A stretch of DNA of 64,000 nucleotides from Fimicolochytrium jonesii (GCF_025526975.1 NW_026515682.1:434001-498000), one strand, 5' to 3'; shown: positions 21,714 to 35,515, counted from the stretch's first letter. Translations and numbers: made by a program. Notes: generated by a model from the letters alone, not told the origin.

Positions 21714-23346
21714 TCAAACCAACCCCTCAATCGCCATATCGTCATCATCATCATCCGATAACTCCTCGATCACAAACTCCTTCCTATCCTTCGCCTGCGT
21801 CTCCGCCTCCCCATCCAGCTTTATCCGCTTCGCCTCGGGCACCGGCATCTGCACGTCCCTCACATCCTCCCCCTCCTCATCCCGCATAATCATCTGCACC
21901 AACCGTTCCACAACATCCTGCACACCATCGTCCTGCTCAGCGGCGTGGAGGTTGCGGATGACGGGGTAGACTTTTTTGGCGCGGAGGATGTCGCGGCCTT
22001 TGCGGGTTTGGGTGAGGAGGAGGAGAGTTTCGACTAGGGCGGTGCGGAGTTTTGGGTCGGGTTCGCGGGTCTTTGTGGAGGGGAGAAGTTGAAGGTCGTC
22101 GGGCATGCCCTCCATGTCCTACGGGCGGAGAGAGGATAGGGTGAGAATCCAGCATCGATATGTAGAGAAGGGGAAGGCGCAAGCACGAACCTCATCCGAA
22201 AACTCCTCAGGCCCACAAATCGGCAACAATAAATACGGCAACAAATCCAACTCCCCATCCGTCAACAACAACTCATGCCCCGCCGGGTCAAACGCGGTGT
22301 TCTTGATCGTCGCAATCGCCGCCGCCCGTCGTATCCGATTCGGATGCTCCACAAACGCCACGACTTTACTCAGTCTCAGTGTCCCGTCGACGCCCGTGCG
22401 CCCGCGGAACCATTGTGCGCCGGCGGGCGTCATGGCGACGTTGGCCAGGACCCCGCCGAGGAAGTCGTAGGTGGCGTTGGGGTTGTAGGTCTTGCCTTCG
22501 CCGCGGACGAAGACTTCGAGGAGGTTGTCGAGGTAGTGGGTCTTGAGTTTTGTGGCCGGTTGTTGGGATTGAGGGGTGGTGGTGGGTTGTCCGGTGGGTG
22601 TGGGGATGGTGGGGGCGTTAAGTGGCATGTTGTTCGTTTCGGAGGCGCTGCGGGAGATGTCCGCGACCAGTTTGCGGGCGACCGAGTTGTTTTCGGAGAG
22701 GTTGTTAAGAAGCATGCAGCACAGATCTGCTACGACGTTTCGTGGGAGCTGCATAGAGGTATTCCATCAACATCTGCGCTTTTCGGATGTAGTGCCTCCC
22801 AGCAACATACCACAATCATGAGGATAAGATCAAACAAGAAATCCTCGTTATCCATCACTTCCACAAACACAGGGTCAACACACAGATTTATCAGTGAGCT
22901 CAGGGCATCGTGGGCTGCGATCTAATACCGAAACAGGAAGCGTAAGTCAGTCACTCGTTTCCTTTCCTACACCTTCTCTTCGATGCCCGAACATATACAT
23001 ACCGACTCTCCCTTGACCAATCTCATCAGGTCCTTCACGGGTTTGCACCCATTCACCTTGAAGAACGGCAGAAACTCCGCCGTCGTCGTGAGACCGGCAA
23101 CGTTTTTGGCTGCTAGTTGGCGGACCTGTTACCGGAAAGAAACCCAAGCAGCCCATTAGACACTAATACGCCTTTTCTGGAGGAGGTTCGGCGGGTTCTA
23201 CAAACATCTTCCCGTTTGTCAGTGAGGAATGAGAACAGCTGTCAGGCGAGAGAGAGACGAATGAAGTGTTAGTTTTTGCGTTCAACAGGAGTTGGTGCAT
23301 AAGTACATTAGGACAACAAACGTACTTCTGAAAGCTGGGACTCCAT
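21714..23346 (-). CDS. HGH1: HGH1 homolog (eEF2 chaperone, DUF383/DUF384), multi-exon
   Basis: ADLCCMLLNNLS, YDFLGGVLAN, RRAAAIATIKNTAF, LPYLLLPICGPEEF, REPD...LVETLLLL..T..GR..LR...VYPVIR.LH. Confidence 0.92.
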
Positions 23347-23869
23347 GGCTCTCTCGCTGTTATCACACGCAGGAGTTTGGCTTTGCTTCGGAAGGAGGAT
23401 GCAGTACTCAGGTCAACAGTGTGAGCGACGAGTGCGATAATGCCCACGGGCTGACGGGAAAAAAAAAGGGGGGACCAGGGCCGAAACGCGCGCGACAAGT
23501 TGCAATCCAAGTCGGAGGCTCAGAGGCTCAGAGGTGCGTAACCCGAATCTCCGTAGTGCCCGGAGTGGAAAGTAGGTCTATAAGGGACCTTGGCATAGAG
23601 AAACTGCACAGACTGCATAGCCCATTCGAGAGCACCCGGGATCGCGCTTTGCCGATTTGCCAGGGCTTCATCTATGTTTGTATCCTTCGGAAACATCTTA
23701 CGGGCTAGCTGTGTTTGCAATCTGATCCTGCTTCGACCTGTAGGAGCTCGAATAGTAGGCCATCGTGGGAAGTCCCACCGCTCCGGTCTATCTTTGCTTT
23801 TTCGCTCGAGCTTTCGAATGATAACTTCCATTAAGTGCATCAGGATGGCTTTCCTCAAGGGAGGACTGT

Positions 23870-24754
23870 TCACCGAGAGGCGTTTGAAGTTGACGGACGG
23901 CAACTTGGTAGGCGTCGGATAAGAAAGGCTTGAAGAAAATCCGATCTTCCTCTATGTTTCCGGCGAGGATCGGGAATGTACTCCACGACCGTGTGTTCGT
24001 CATCATCTTCGGGGTCCTCGGCTCGCCATTCCTCCAGCATGAGCCTCCATTCCTCCAACTCAGAGAACCCTTCCCATCCCTCAAAAAGTTGCTTACTCCA
24101 ACTCCACGCTTCCTGCTCCGATAAACCAAATCGAGCCTTGGTCTTCTCGTCGAAAACGCTCTCGGCGAAATGCTGGCTTTCAGTGTCCTCTTGGAACCCG
24201 GAAGAGATCTCGACGGGGCGGTTTTCGGGCTTGTCATCGTCCAACCATACACAGCCTAACATCAAGCCATCGTCCATCCCTAGAACCTCTATTTGGGCGT
24301 AGCGACACCCAACATACAATAGGGGAAGGCCAGGCCTCTCCCACTCAAAAACGAGGTCCACCTCTCCGTGCATTGCGGCCGGTACCCCGACCCCGTTGTA
24401 AACGGCCCTAAACCCGACCGGCAAGCTAGCAGACCACATCGAGCCGTACAGCCGCGCGCGAAGCGCAGCAAGATCGCTCAGCACTTTCTCTGGTTCAGAA
24501 CTGAGGGTGGAAGGAAAGCGTCTGGCGAGCGCATGACGGAAGGTTGAGACCAAGCGAAAAGCTGGTGAGTGTTGGAGGCAGGCGTAGAGATGCTTGGAGG
24601 CCTGGCTGAGCCGTGCGCATGACATGAGGTTGACTTGGGTTCGGAGACAGGCTACGACCTCGACGGGCAAGGCCTCAAGTGTGGAATATGGCGGGCTGAA
24701 GGAGGGTGTGGTTGACAGCAGACGAAAGGGCCAGCTGGTTGTGGCTCTGGGCAT
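23870..24754 (-). CDS. F-box domain protein
   Basis: N-terminal LEALPVEVVACLRTQVNLMSCARLSQASKHLY F-box pattern. The 3' end is uncertain. Confidence 0.55.
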   Translation of the reverse strand: MPRATTSWPFRLLSTTPSFSPPYSTLEALPVEVVACLRTQVNLMSCARLSQASKHLYACLQHSPAFRLVSTFRHALARRFPSTLSSEPEKVLSDLAALRARLYGSMWSASLPVGFRAVYNGVGVPAAMHGEVDLVFEWERPGLPLLYVGCRYAQIEVLGMDDGLMLGCVWLDDDKPENRPVEISSGFQEDTESQHFAESVFDEKTKARFGLSEQEAWSWSKQLFEGWEGFSELEEWRLMLEEWRAEDPEDDDEHTVVEYIPDPRRKHRGRSDFLQAFLIRRLPSCRPSTSNASR

Positions 24755-25498
24755 CGGCCTCAGACTGCCTCAGATGAGTTTCAGGCCGTCAAGATGCAGT
24801 AGGATGCCAAATTACTTATTAGGTTCCGACGGCCGCGCAAAATGCCCTGAGCAGTCCTGGGCCCATGGAACGTGGGAACAAGGGCTTTATCACGGGAAAC
24901 CCGTATCATACCGAGTTGTCCTTCGTTCTCCCGCGGCCGTACGTTGACGTCAACCAACACCGGAACTGCGTGATGCAGCAATGATGACAGTCTTCACAGA
25001 GACCCTTCCAAAGTGGGGTGTGGAGAGCAGAACGGATGCCAAGAACGTTATCAAGCCAGGAGATCCGACAAAGAAAGAACATAAAAGTGGAGATGCCTCT
25101 TGACAGCAATGACAGTACTGTCAGTGAAGGACTGTATTTTCGTCGTCACGGCTGCTCTAACGGCCCTTGGCTTCTTGTGCATTCGTAGAAATACCTGACT
25201 GTCCTGAGACAAGACGACAAACTCCACATTAAGGGTGTGGCGCGAGTGGTAGACTACTCAGCAGCCTCGCCATTTCCCTCCCTCTAGCATATATCCCCCC
25301 ATTCACGCTGCTGCCGGCTTGACTATTTCAATTTACCCAACACCATAGGCGGACCAATCTCCTCCGCGGTCGAGTGCAGTGGCAACGCAGTCAGAACACA
25401 GTTGCCAGGGATGTATATTCGTTTAGGCGCCACATAATGCATAGATACAGGCCAAATACCGCCGCCTCCCACCCCCTTAACCCTTGCTTCCTTCCCCA

Positions 25499-26870
25499 TC
25501 AACCCAACAACTCATCCAACCACTTCAAATCCTCCGCCTCACTCGTTTTCGTCGTCGATCCTGTCCGCGTTGTCGCCTGTGTGTCCGTGTTTCTGGCCAT
25601 CGAGGTGAATTGTGATGACGATGATGCTAATGGTGGTGCCGGTCGTGCGGCAGGTATGTCGAGGTCGAGCAGATTGTCTATGTCTAGCGGGTCAGTGGGT
25701 GTGGCTGCTGGGATGGGAAGGTGGTTAGTGCTCAAGGTGATGATAAAATTTCGGGCGGAAACGGATTGATACCTATAGGAACTGGTCTAGTTTTGATTGG
25801 TAAAATTGGCGCTGATGGGACGGCGGGACGATGTGCGGCTGATGATTTCGATGGAGGGTGGGATTTGAATGTGTGCGAGTCGGGTGTAGATAGCGGTGGT
25901 GTCACGGCGGCCGGACTCCGTTCCGCCGTGGTGGTGTGCAGCGATTTGAGAGGTTCGGTCGCTGGTGGTGATGGCGCTATTTCCGCCACCCGAGGCGCCA
26001 ACGCCGTATTCGATAATCCCTTCCGCAATTGCACTCTTCCCGATTCACCCTCTCCAGTCGCCCCTTTCGGCAGAACCGAAAGCAGCCCCGCGAGCTCCGC
26101 CTCATCCACGTCCAGTCTCGTGTGCAGGGGTATGGTAGCGAGCGAGTCTGCGAGGGATCTGATGTCGAGTTGGAGGAGGGTGCGGTTCAACTGGGTGTGC
26201 AGAATCTCAGAGGTTAGTGACAACCCAGCCAGCGATGATGCGGAAGGGAGGCGGGTTATGAGCATACCTCGTCAGTAGCAGCGTCCTCCATCGCGCCAGT
26301 TTGCGCCCACCCTTTTTCGTCGCGGAACTGGAAGTACATAGCCGGATCATATTCCTCATCTACCACACCCGCTCACCAGTCAGCTCCCCTTCGTAAATCG
26401 TACTTCATTCTCCCACTTTACCGTACCAGCATCACCAATCAACGCGCGCAAATGCTCCGTAGCCCGATCGATCCCCTCGTCCGCGGCACGGATCTCGTCC
26501 TCGGTCGGTTCGTGGTAGCGGTATGCGTTGCTGGCGAGTGGGCGGCGGGCGTATTTTGATCTGGCTTTGCGGGGATTGAGAACATGTCTGTGAGGCGGAT
26601 GGGACCTTTGAGAAGAGCGACGGAGAAGAACCCACGTTTGTGTTCCTGGGCCTCCACCTCCGCCTCCCCATCAGTTGTTTCCGACCGTGGTGGAGTCCCA
26701 TTCAGGCCACCGCCCACATGCCCAGTCTGCTCCGTAGCCGGTCGTCGGTGGTGATCATCACTTGACTGTGGTTTTGCTGTAGAAGCGGCGTGTTTGGGGG
26801 AAAGGGCAGCAGTCCCGTGCTTTGCCTTCCATTGCTTTGTTGCTTTCGCTTTGTGCGGGTCTGGGCGCAT
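25499..26870 (-). CDS. Aven-like protein, multi-exon
   Basis: MRPDPHKAK..WK..H start, an internal KYARRPLASNAYRY motif and a C-terminal EDLKWLDELLG. These resemble the RR...SN..RY and L..WLD motifs of Aven-family proteins. Confidence 0.55.
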
Positions 26871-28484
26871 GGTTTCGGCACGACGGTCGGCGGGATGTTG
26901 AGCGTCGTGTGTGGAGTGCAAGATTTTAGGATATATTTATAGTTGTGATTGGAAAAAAGAAAGTGTTCCACATTCCCGCCCCTACAGCTACCCTAACGGT
27001 CGAAGCTGAATTCGACCGCATCGTAGTCGTGTTCACCAACAAGCAAATCGCAGTCTGCCTCTTTACACCAGCCGAGTTCAGCCAGCTGTATGGGCGTTTG
27101 TTTTCTCATTTGCCTGGATGGGAAATGGATAGCACTTCAGCCGGGTCACCGCCCAAATCCCCACACTTGACCGGCCTCTGCTACCCACGAAAGACGTAGC
27201 CGAGTCCGGTCAAGCTTGAGAAGTGAGCACTTTTAGGGGTGTGATGTGGTTTGCTGCAGAGGAGAGGGAGAAGGAGAAGGGGGACATGAAGAAGGTTGGT
27301 GGGCCGGTGTCCAATCGGGGTGGGCAACGGGGTTCTGATATGAACTCCCAAATCAGCCCGTCGCCCTCTATGTGCAGGTACCATCGGCTGCCGACGATTA
27401 TGCGTTGGAGGAGAGGTTCCTCGATACGGCCGAGGTCGAGCGGATCTTTGATAAGTATCTACGTCTTGATCTTTGGTTTAGGCCCAGACATCATTACGAG
27501 AAATTGACTGGGGGAAACTGTGTATTACTCTTGGCCTCCTCCCTGAGAATCACATCATCCCGGGTGTCGAAAGGCCTCACAGAGTCATAAGCGCTGCGGT
27601 GTCGTCTGCATTGAGGGACCCACAACTGATTCGTTTTCAAAGTCGTCATGGTCCCGCACGCCCCTGAAAGGCCCCAAAGCACCTACCAACTGAGTGTGGG
27701 AGGCGGGCAAGATGCGGGAGTGAGAGAAGAGGAAGTTGCAGAAAGCAGCTGGAAAGATCGAGTTGAGCATTGATGACGTTCATGGAGCAGGTGAATCTTC
27801 GGGGGGAGTAGGGGTCTAGTGCAACCGCCTATTCGTGCGCTTGAATTTGCAATACAGTGTACGTCCAGCTATCTCCAATGCCACCTTTTTCCCCGTCACG
27901 CATCTATGAAAGGAGTGTCGGCGTCGACTTCGTACATCACAAGCCTTTGCTCCCATGCAGCTCTAGTTCCGTTCAACTCCGACCTGTGCCAAGTCCGTAG
28001 AATCAAGAACCGAACTCTTATCTCCTCAAGAAAAAAGTTGAAAGAGAGCCCGAGTCTGCAAAAAGTGTGCGTTGTGATCCGCTGCCGTACATAGCCCTGC
28101 GGAGGAGGCGAGACTCGAAGGCAAGATAAGCGACGAGAGAAAAGAAAAAAAGTGCGAGTAATAAGCAGCTGAACGAATGGGCGAGTGGGAAATGCCCAGA
28201 TGAAAGCGCAGCCCAAGCAGCCCACCTTAATTTGGGGGTTGTCATCGGGCCCGTTCTTCGCGTCGCTCGCTCTTATCTCTTTCTCTCGAGAGTCTCTCGA
28301 CTTCTCCCTTGTCACGGCACTCTTGGCTACGAACTGTATGCACGTAGGCATCGCCGTGCCAAGAGGGGAGAAGAGAAAAAAATAGGTTGCCGGTTCGGGC
28401 TTTATAAACGGGCACCACATCCTCGCCTTTTGGTCCCATGCACCGCGTCAGAGAACGAACCGCCAGTAAAGCTTCCAACCCAAG

Positions 28485-30010
28485 ATGAGCTTCCTACAAT
28501 CCATCCGTTGCGCCCACGCATCCCTCGCCGCCCGCGGTCTGGCCCGAGTATCCCCGTTGAGAAGCAGCGCTCCCCGAAACGTCGCCGCAAGATCGTACTC
28601 TACCCCAAACACCAACCCTACGCCGAGAAAGCCATCGTCATTCCCAGCCTTTGCGGCCCTCGCAGCTGCCGGTGCAGCCGGCGCTGGTGGTTACTACCTC
28701 TTAACCGCACGCGACTCTCCTTTAATTGTCGAAAAGTCTCAGGATGACGCGACTAAGCCCTCTGAGAAGGCGCCAGCCCCGGCTCTCACGCCTGCCCAAA
28801 TCGACGCGCTTCTCAGCCAAAGCCAGCAGACGATCGCTCTGAAGAGGAAGGATTTGAAGATTAAGCGGATCGATGTCTGCGTTGTGGGGAGCAACGAGCC
28901 GTGTGAGGACCGCTGGTTCATCGAAGAGACGGACGATGCAACCGGCGGTGGTGTCCTGTTGGGTGTCATCGACGGCCATATCGGCGAAGTCTGCGCCGAG
29001 AAGGCTAAAAACACCCTACCGACCTACATCAAAGAACACCTGGCAAAAAGCAAATCCTTCTTCAAATCCACCTCCTCATCTATCTCCCAAGCCCTCACAA
29101 ACGCATTCGATGCATTCGACGCCGACCTCATCAACCTCCCTCTAACCGTGGTCCCCAATTTCGCTTCCCAGACCCGCGAATCCATCGCCGCCATCCCGGC
29201 CGCCGAGCGGGAAGCCATGATGAAGAAACTCCTCCCCTCCTTCGCGGGTGCCGTCGGGCTCGTGGCGTACATCACCCCGAAAACAATCCACCTCGCCCAC
29301 GCCGGCGACGTCCGCTGCGTCGCGCAGTCCACGGACGGCCAAATCCACTCCACAATGGACCACCAAGCCGAGACGCCCTCCGAAGCCGCGCGTCTCCGCA
29401 AAGAACACCCTGGTGAAGAAGACACAGTCGTCTGTCTCCGTAAAGGCGAAGAACCCTCCGCCGACGGGCAACAACCGCCCCTGCGCGTGATTGGCCTCCT
29501 GATGCCGAGCAGATCGTTCGGGGATGCGCATTCGAAGTGGAGTGTGGAGTGGCAGGAGAAGTTGAAGCCGATTCTGGAGTTTTTCCCTACGGCAAAACGG
29601 TTGGGGATTGCGCCGTTGTGTAAGACGCCGCCTTGTAAGTTGTCACCGTACCCTCCTTCATTTCAATTCATCAAGTACTCACGCATATATCTTCCCCATC
29701 TCATCTCATCATAGATATAACAGCCCACCCCGACATAACCCCCCTCCCACACCCCGGCCAACGCTTCCTCGTCATCTCCACCGACGGAATCACCGACTCC
29801 CTCTCCAGCGAAGACATCGCGTCCACCGTCTCCTCCACCCTCGCCACCGAAGACTCGCAGAACAAAAACCTTGCGGGGATTTTGGCGCGGAAAGCGCTGG
29901 GAGGTGGGAAGTTTGATGATGAGGAGGCGGGGAGACGGTTGGCGTTGGAGGGGAGGGAGAGGAGGGAATGGAGGGATGATATTACGGTTCTTGTTGTTGT
30001 TTTTGAGTAG
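28485..30010 (+). CDS. Mitochondrial PP2C-family phosphatase (pyruvate dehydrogenase phosphatase-like), 2 exons
   Basis: SNEPCEDR, GVIDGHIG, AHAGDVR, GLLMPSRSFGD, TPP(Y)ITAHP, ISTDG, RDDITVLVV. Arg/Ser-rich presequence. Confidence 0.92.
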
Positions 30011-30365
30011 GGTGCGGGTGAGGTTTGGGGTGGGCGACGGACTCTCTTTCTGGCCTTTGTCTTGCCGAACATTGGCGTAAATTTCACATATAGTTTGAGT
30101 AGGCAGAAGCGAATATCTCATATCAAACCGGCGTAGCAGCGCATTCATTGACGACCAATACATGATCCCATTCCAAGCATACTGAGGTCAATACAACTTC
30201 GCCAATGCGTTCAATAATGTCAGTCACGGCGTGGCAGGGGTGGCGCAAGCGTGGCTTCATCCCCCCTCCGCGCACTCATTTGGCACAGAAAGGCGCCCAA
30301 CTCCAAATCCCATCTGCTTCTCACTTCCACATAACCCCCATCCCCATCTCAAAAGCAACACGAAA

Positions 30366-32201
30366 ATGGCTCCCTCAAAGGCCCCCGCAACAAAGAAGGA
30401 CGACCCCGTGTCCGAGCAGGTCCCCGCCGAGGACCCGGCGTCCGCGAGCGACGCTAGCGACGATGAGGAGGATGAGAATGATTTGACGACGAATGTGGTG
30501 ACGAAGTATCAGACTGCTGCTGATATTGCTAACCGTATGTGTTCAATCTTTTGGGTGGAGGGACCTGGATGGAATTGGAGATGGGGGTTCTGGGCGAGAT
30601 GCAAAGAGGGATGGGGATGGATGGAGGATGTGTGCTTTTCGTCTACGAGCGCGTGCGTGGGTGGCAACAGAAGTTCGGAAGTGGACGGAGTTTTGGAATC
30701 GGGTGGAAGGAAAGGGATTCGGCTACGGTGGAAAATCTATGTGCGGACCAATTTCGGGCGGAAGAGGGCGTCAGACTGTGATACACCCCACTCACCTCGT
30801 CCCGCTACACCTGTTCCTTGACTCATATGTTCCTTTCGTTCCTTAGGTGCCTTGAAGAAGGTGATTGACGCCGCTGTGGATGGTGCCAAGGTCACAGACC
30901 TGTGTGCGCTTGGAGACAAGACGATCGAAGAGCTCGCTGAGAAGGTTTACAACAAGGGAAAGATCCTGAAAGGTACGTTTGGGGAAAGGACCTGTTGAAA
31001 CAATGCAAAATTGTTCATGTCCCCATACATGCGACCGCACTTACATTCTGAGAGACGGTTCTGACGTTTGCCCTGTGATTTCAAAAAGGAATCGCATTCC
31101 CAACGTGTGTCTCCCCCAACACGGCCATCTGCCACATGTCCCCCCTCGCCTCCGACCCCGAAGCCGCCTTGACCCTCAAGAAGGGCGACGTGGTCAGGAT
31201 AGAGCTCGGTGCCCACGTCGACGGTTACGTCGGTCAAGTCGCCCACACCCTTATCTTGGGCGCGGATGCCAAGGAGAACCCCATCAAGGGACGCCAGGCT
31301 GATGTGCTGCAGGCTGCTTACCTTGCCACTGAGGCCGCTATCAGGCTGTTGAGGCCTGGAAAGACCACTACGGAGGTTGCGAATGCGGTGCAGAAGGTTG
31401 CTGATGACTTTGAGTGCAAGCCTGTTGAAGGTGAGGGGACGATGTCGCGGTTTCTGCTAATTGTCGATAGGCGTGGCTAAACGCTTCACCCTTTCCAGGC
31501 ATGCTCTCCCACCAACTCCAACGCAACGTCCTGGACGGTAAGAAGCAAATCGTCCTCAACCCCTCCGAAGCGCAACGCAAGGACATCGAAGAATCCACCT
31601 TCGAAGAAGGCGAAGTCTACTCCCTCGACATCCTCATCTCCTCCGGCGAAGGCAAACCCCGCACGCTCGAAACCCGCACAACGGTCTACAAGCGCCAACC
31701 GGACGTGACCTACCAGCTCAAAATGAAGACCTCGCGCGAAGTCCTCGGCAAGATCTCCAAGCTTTCCGGCGGCGCCATGGCCTTCTCCCTGCGCCACTTT
31801 GAGGACGAGAAGAAGGCAAGGATGGGCATCGTCGAGTGCGCGAACCATAACCTCGTCGTGCCGTACCAGGTGTTGTATGAGAAGGAGGACGCGGTCGTTG
31901 CACACTTTATGTACACGGTCCTGCTTTTGCCCACGGGACCGTTGAAGATTACGAGCTTCCCGTGGGACCAGGAGCTGGTGAAGAGCGACAAGCAGATCAA
32001 GAGCGAGGAGATTAAGGAGCTGTTGAAGCAGGCTGTTAGAACCAACAAGAGCAAGGCTAACAAGAAGAAGAATAAGGTCAGTTATGCTTCCATAGTGAAT
32101 CCGCCATTCCCTTCATCTATCATCTACTGACTCTCACATTTTTCCTCCAATTCAAACAGAAGAAGACCGCCGCCGCCGCCACCCCCGCCCCCGCGAAGTA
32201 G
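30366..32201 (+). CDS. PA2G4/Ebp1/Cdb4-like peptidase-M24-fold protein, multi-exon
   Basis: VVTKYQTAADIAN, GIAFPTCVSPN, GDVVRIELGAHVDG, EGMLSHQL, YQLKMKTSR, a Lys-rich C-terminus. Confidence 0.93.
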
Positions 32202-32865
32202 AACAAGCCAAAACGTAATTTATGGTATGCCCGGGCTCCCCTCCTCAACCCTCCTTCCCCCCCACAACAAACGAGAGGGCCAGATTAGATAGATTTCGCT
32301 CCCACCTCATCCCCACATCCCCTTCCGGCTGCGATGGCCGGAAGGCTTAGGGTATAGCGCCCCTTTTCTTTTAGTGATGGTTTAGGTAGGAATGATTCTT
32401 AATCCTGTGTTCCTGCTGCTTTGGGGAAAGACTACGTATAATCATGCACGTTAGCGGTCTCTCGGTTTGTGAGGGTTGGAAGCTGGAAGTTGAGGAGGTG
32501 TCCTTTGAGACTGGGGGCTCGAGATTCGAGTTGCATAGCGACGCGTCGGAATTATGGACGCGTTCGCGATGGCTGGATTTGAACCGCAGCGCACATGTCT
32601 GCTCAATATTCCATTCTTCCTTCCTTCACAGTTACGGTTTTATGGTCGAGTTCCCAATAGATATGCATTCACTGAAGAATGAAAATGGAGAGACGAAAGT
32701 AGGGGGCACGCTAATTCAAAAATCTATGTACGATGCAGTAGTGACGGGACTCGTATGACGGTGGGATGTGTGGAATCTCTCCGACAAATTATTACTGTTT
32801 GGGATGGTCATCGGGGTAGTTAGGAAGAGCTGATGCTAAAAATGGAAGATATGTTTTCCCCATTC

Positions 32866-34066
32866 TTAGTTCTTCTTGACAAACTCGACACCCTTAGCAA
32901 TGTTCTTCTTGAGCTCCGGGATAGCGGCCTGGTAGAGCTTCTTCTCGTAGTCGTTGATGGGCCCAATGTCGTGGATCTTCTTGACACCCTCGGTGCCGAG
33001 CTCAACCTTGGTGGCAAAGTACTCGACGCCGTCCTTTTCGGCGACGTGGCTCTTGACATAGGTGGGCTCGACGATGCCCTTCTCGCCGCTGAGAGCGCGG
33101 AGGAGGGAGTCGGTGAAGCGGGCACCGGCTTGGGCCATGGAAAGGGTGGCGGATCCTGAAAGGATTGAATGTGAGTAGACTGCACGAAAAGTAATTCCCA
33201 GTGATGGTTGAAACCTACCAGTTCCGTTCTTGGCCTTGACAACCTCGTCACCACCGAACTGAATGCGGTTGGTGAGGGCGTCAATCTCCTCTTGCGAGAA
33301 CTTGATGCCGGTTTGGGACAGAAGGGGCATGATGGTGACTCCAGAGTGACCGCCAATGACGTGGACGTTGATGTTCTCGGGCTCCGTCTTCTTTGTTTGT
33401 CCGACGAAGGTGGAGGCACGGACAACGTCCAAGGTGGTGACACCAAACAGGCGCTTGGGGTCAAAGACGCCGTGCTTCTTGAAGACCTCGGCGACGATGG
33501 GGACGGTGGAGTTCACGGGGTTGGCAATGATCAGAAGGTGGGCCTTGGGGGCGTGCTTAGCGGCGGCCTCGGCAAGGGTCTTGACGATACCAGCATTGGT
33601 GTTGAAGAGATCGTCACGGGTCATTCCGGGCTTACGGGGCACACCGGCGGGGATGACGATGACCTGAGCATCCTTCAACGCCTCACCGAGCTGCTCCTGG
33701 CCGACGTGGCCGGTGACGTGAGACTTTGTGTTGATGTGGGAGATGTCGGCGGCGACACCGGGGGTGTTGACGATATCGTACAGGGCCAGACGGTCAACAT
33801 TGGGGTTGAGCTTCAACAGCAGGGAGAGGGGCTGGCCGATACCACCAGCGGCACCGAGAACGGCGACCTTGGCACCACGCTGTTGTAGAAAGCAAAGTAA
33901 TGATCAGCAACGGACATGGTATCAGCACGGGATTTTCCCAGTCGTCGGAAATGCCCTCGGGAAGCAAGATGACGACCGATGGACGACGGGTCTGCATATG
34001 GCACGGTCGACATACCTGGAAAGCAGAGCTTGCGAAGCCACGAGCGAACACACGGGAGGCGAGCAT
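32866..34066 (-). CDS. MDH1: Mitochondrial malate dehydrogenase, 3 exons
   Basis: Presequence [63 protein letters not shown]. Confidence 0.97.
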
Positions 34067-34216
34067 ATCGAGGATGTGTTGGGAGGTGGGTTTGGGTGGA
34101 ATTGAAACGGGATGAGTTTGCGAAGGAAGTTATGCAAAATGGATCGATGCGTTGCCGAGCTCGGAAAATGGCGCAAGTGGCAGCAAAAGGAAGCTTCACA
34201 CCAACTACGGACAAAA

Positions 34217-34305
34217 CGACACCAGCAGGATTCGAACCTGCGCGTGCATAGCACATCAGTTTTCGATATTCAAGACTGACACGTTAACCACTCCGTCATG
34301 GTGTC
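34217..34305 (-). tRNA. tRNA-Ser(TGA) with a 7-nt intron
   Basis: Acceptor stem GACACCA/TGGTGTC with G discriminator, D-loop AGTGGTTA, anticodon stem TCAGT/ACTGA, long variable arm GTGC-TAT-GCAC, GGTTCGAATCC T-arm, and a TTTT Pol III terminator immediately after. Confidence 0.9.
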
Positions 34306-35515
34306 GCAGGTGTAGACAGACCACCCGCAGCTGCTCAAAAAGGTTAGCCGTGCAACCCTGGCAGTAATTCGACAGAATGTCATAACCACGCCCTTACGTG
34401 ACCCCACACTCTTGTTGATATTCTGAAAGTTGATATTCTGCCAGGAGGTCTTTAAGCAGGAGGACCTCATGCAATAGGTGATAGGGGTTGTGCTCATAGT
34501 AGATAGCATATAGCTTTGTTGGTCTTAGAAAAGTGCGTTGGAGTGTTGTGTGCGTTGGACTGTCGGGCACTCACTTGCCCGGCTCCACGCAGCGCGGGAA
34601 GTACCGGGTCGAGTATGATACGGATCGATGCGTTGCTGAGCTCGGAAAAGAACGGGCGCGCCGTTTTTGCACAGTTCCTTGCGTGATTGCCACATGTTGC
34701 AAACAACCAGCAGGGGCTTCACCATTCAGCACTGTTCCTTCCCCAGTCACTCGCTATTACTTGGGGATCCACCTGCACCCCGCAACCCTGCCTGCAAACG
34801 CACATAGAAACATCAATAGATTCAACCCCAAAGTATAGTACGTAGGTCTGCAACGCCGAAAGCCCGGACGCGTGCGGAACGCTTTCATTCGGTGGAATGA
34901 TAAATCAGCAGCTACCGCAAAGGCAGTTCCATGCCTGTCAGAAGCGGATGTACTCTACGGCCCAATGCCAGCGGGTGTCTTTTGTTCCGGACCTCCCTGT
35001 ATCGTGCAGCGTGCATATGGGTGCATAGAGGTGTCGTATGCGTCACTCTTGCCATCACGGACGAAGGGCATGGACGAAATCGGCCATCTCGTCTCCATTT
35101 ATTCTTCTTTTCAGTTTGAAGCCTCCGATATCTGCATCGGAGGTGCTCGGCGAACCTGGCAGGATGCCAACCTGAAGGCTTTCGTGAAGATGGTGCGAAT
35201 GGAAGCTTCACCTGAAAGCCACGAGAGCCAAGAGTGTGGGGGAACTGCGTTTGGCCGGAACGCAGCGTCACGTGTGCGTTGATTAAAACCGGCTTGAAAG
35301 AAGAGGAAACGCCCCAGGCGCAATTCCCACACGAAGACCACCCTGACCACTCCCAACGGAGATAAGGGCAACCAAAACCCACCACAACGCCGGAATCTTC
35401 CCTCGCTGCCACATCCCCCCTCGCCCCACGACAGCTAATTACTTGCCGCTATACACACAGCGTCCTCGACCACTCGCTTCTTCCCAACAACCCCTCGCCC
35501 CCACAACCGCTAACA

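Noticed and set aside
26945..28150. Short protein-like fragments (e.g. DDYALEERFLDTAEVERIFDKYLRL)
   Set aside because: No consistent exon chain or recognisable domain could be built; possibly a decayed gene.
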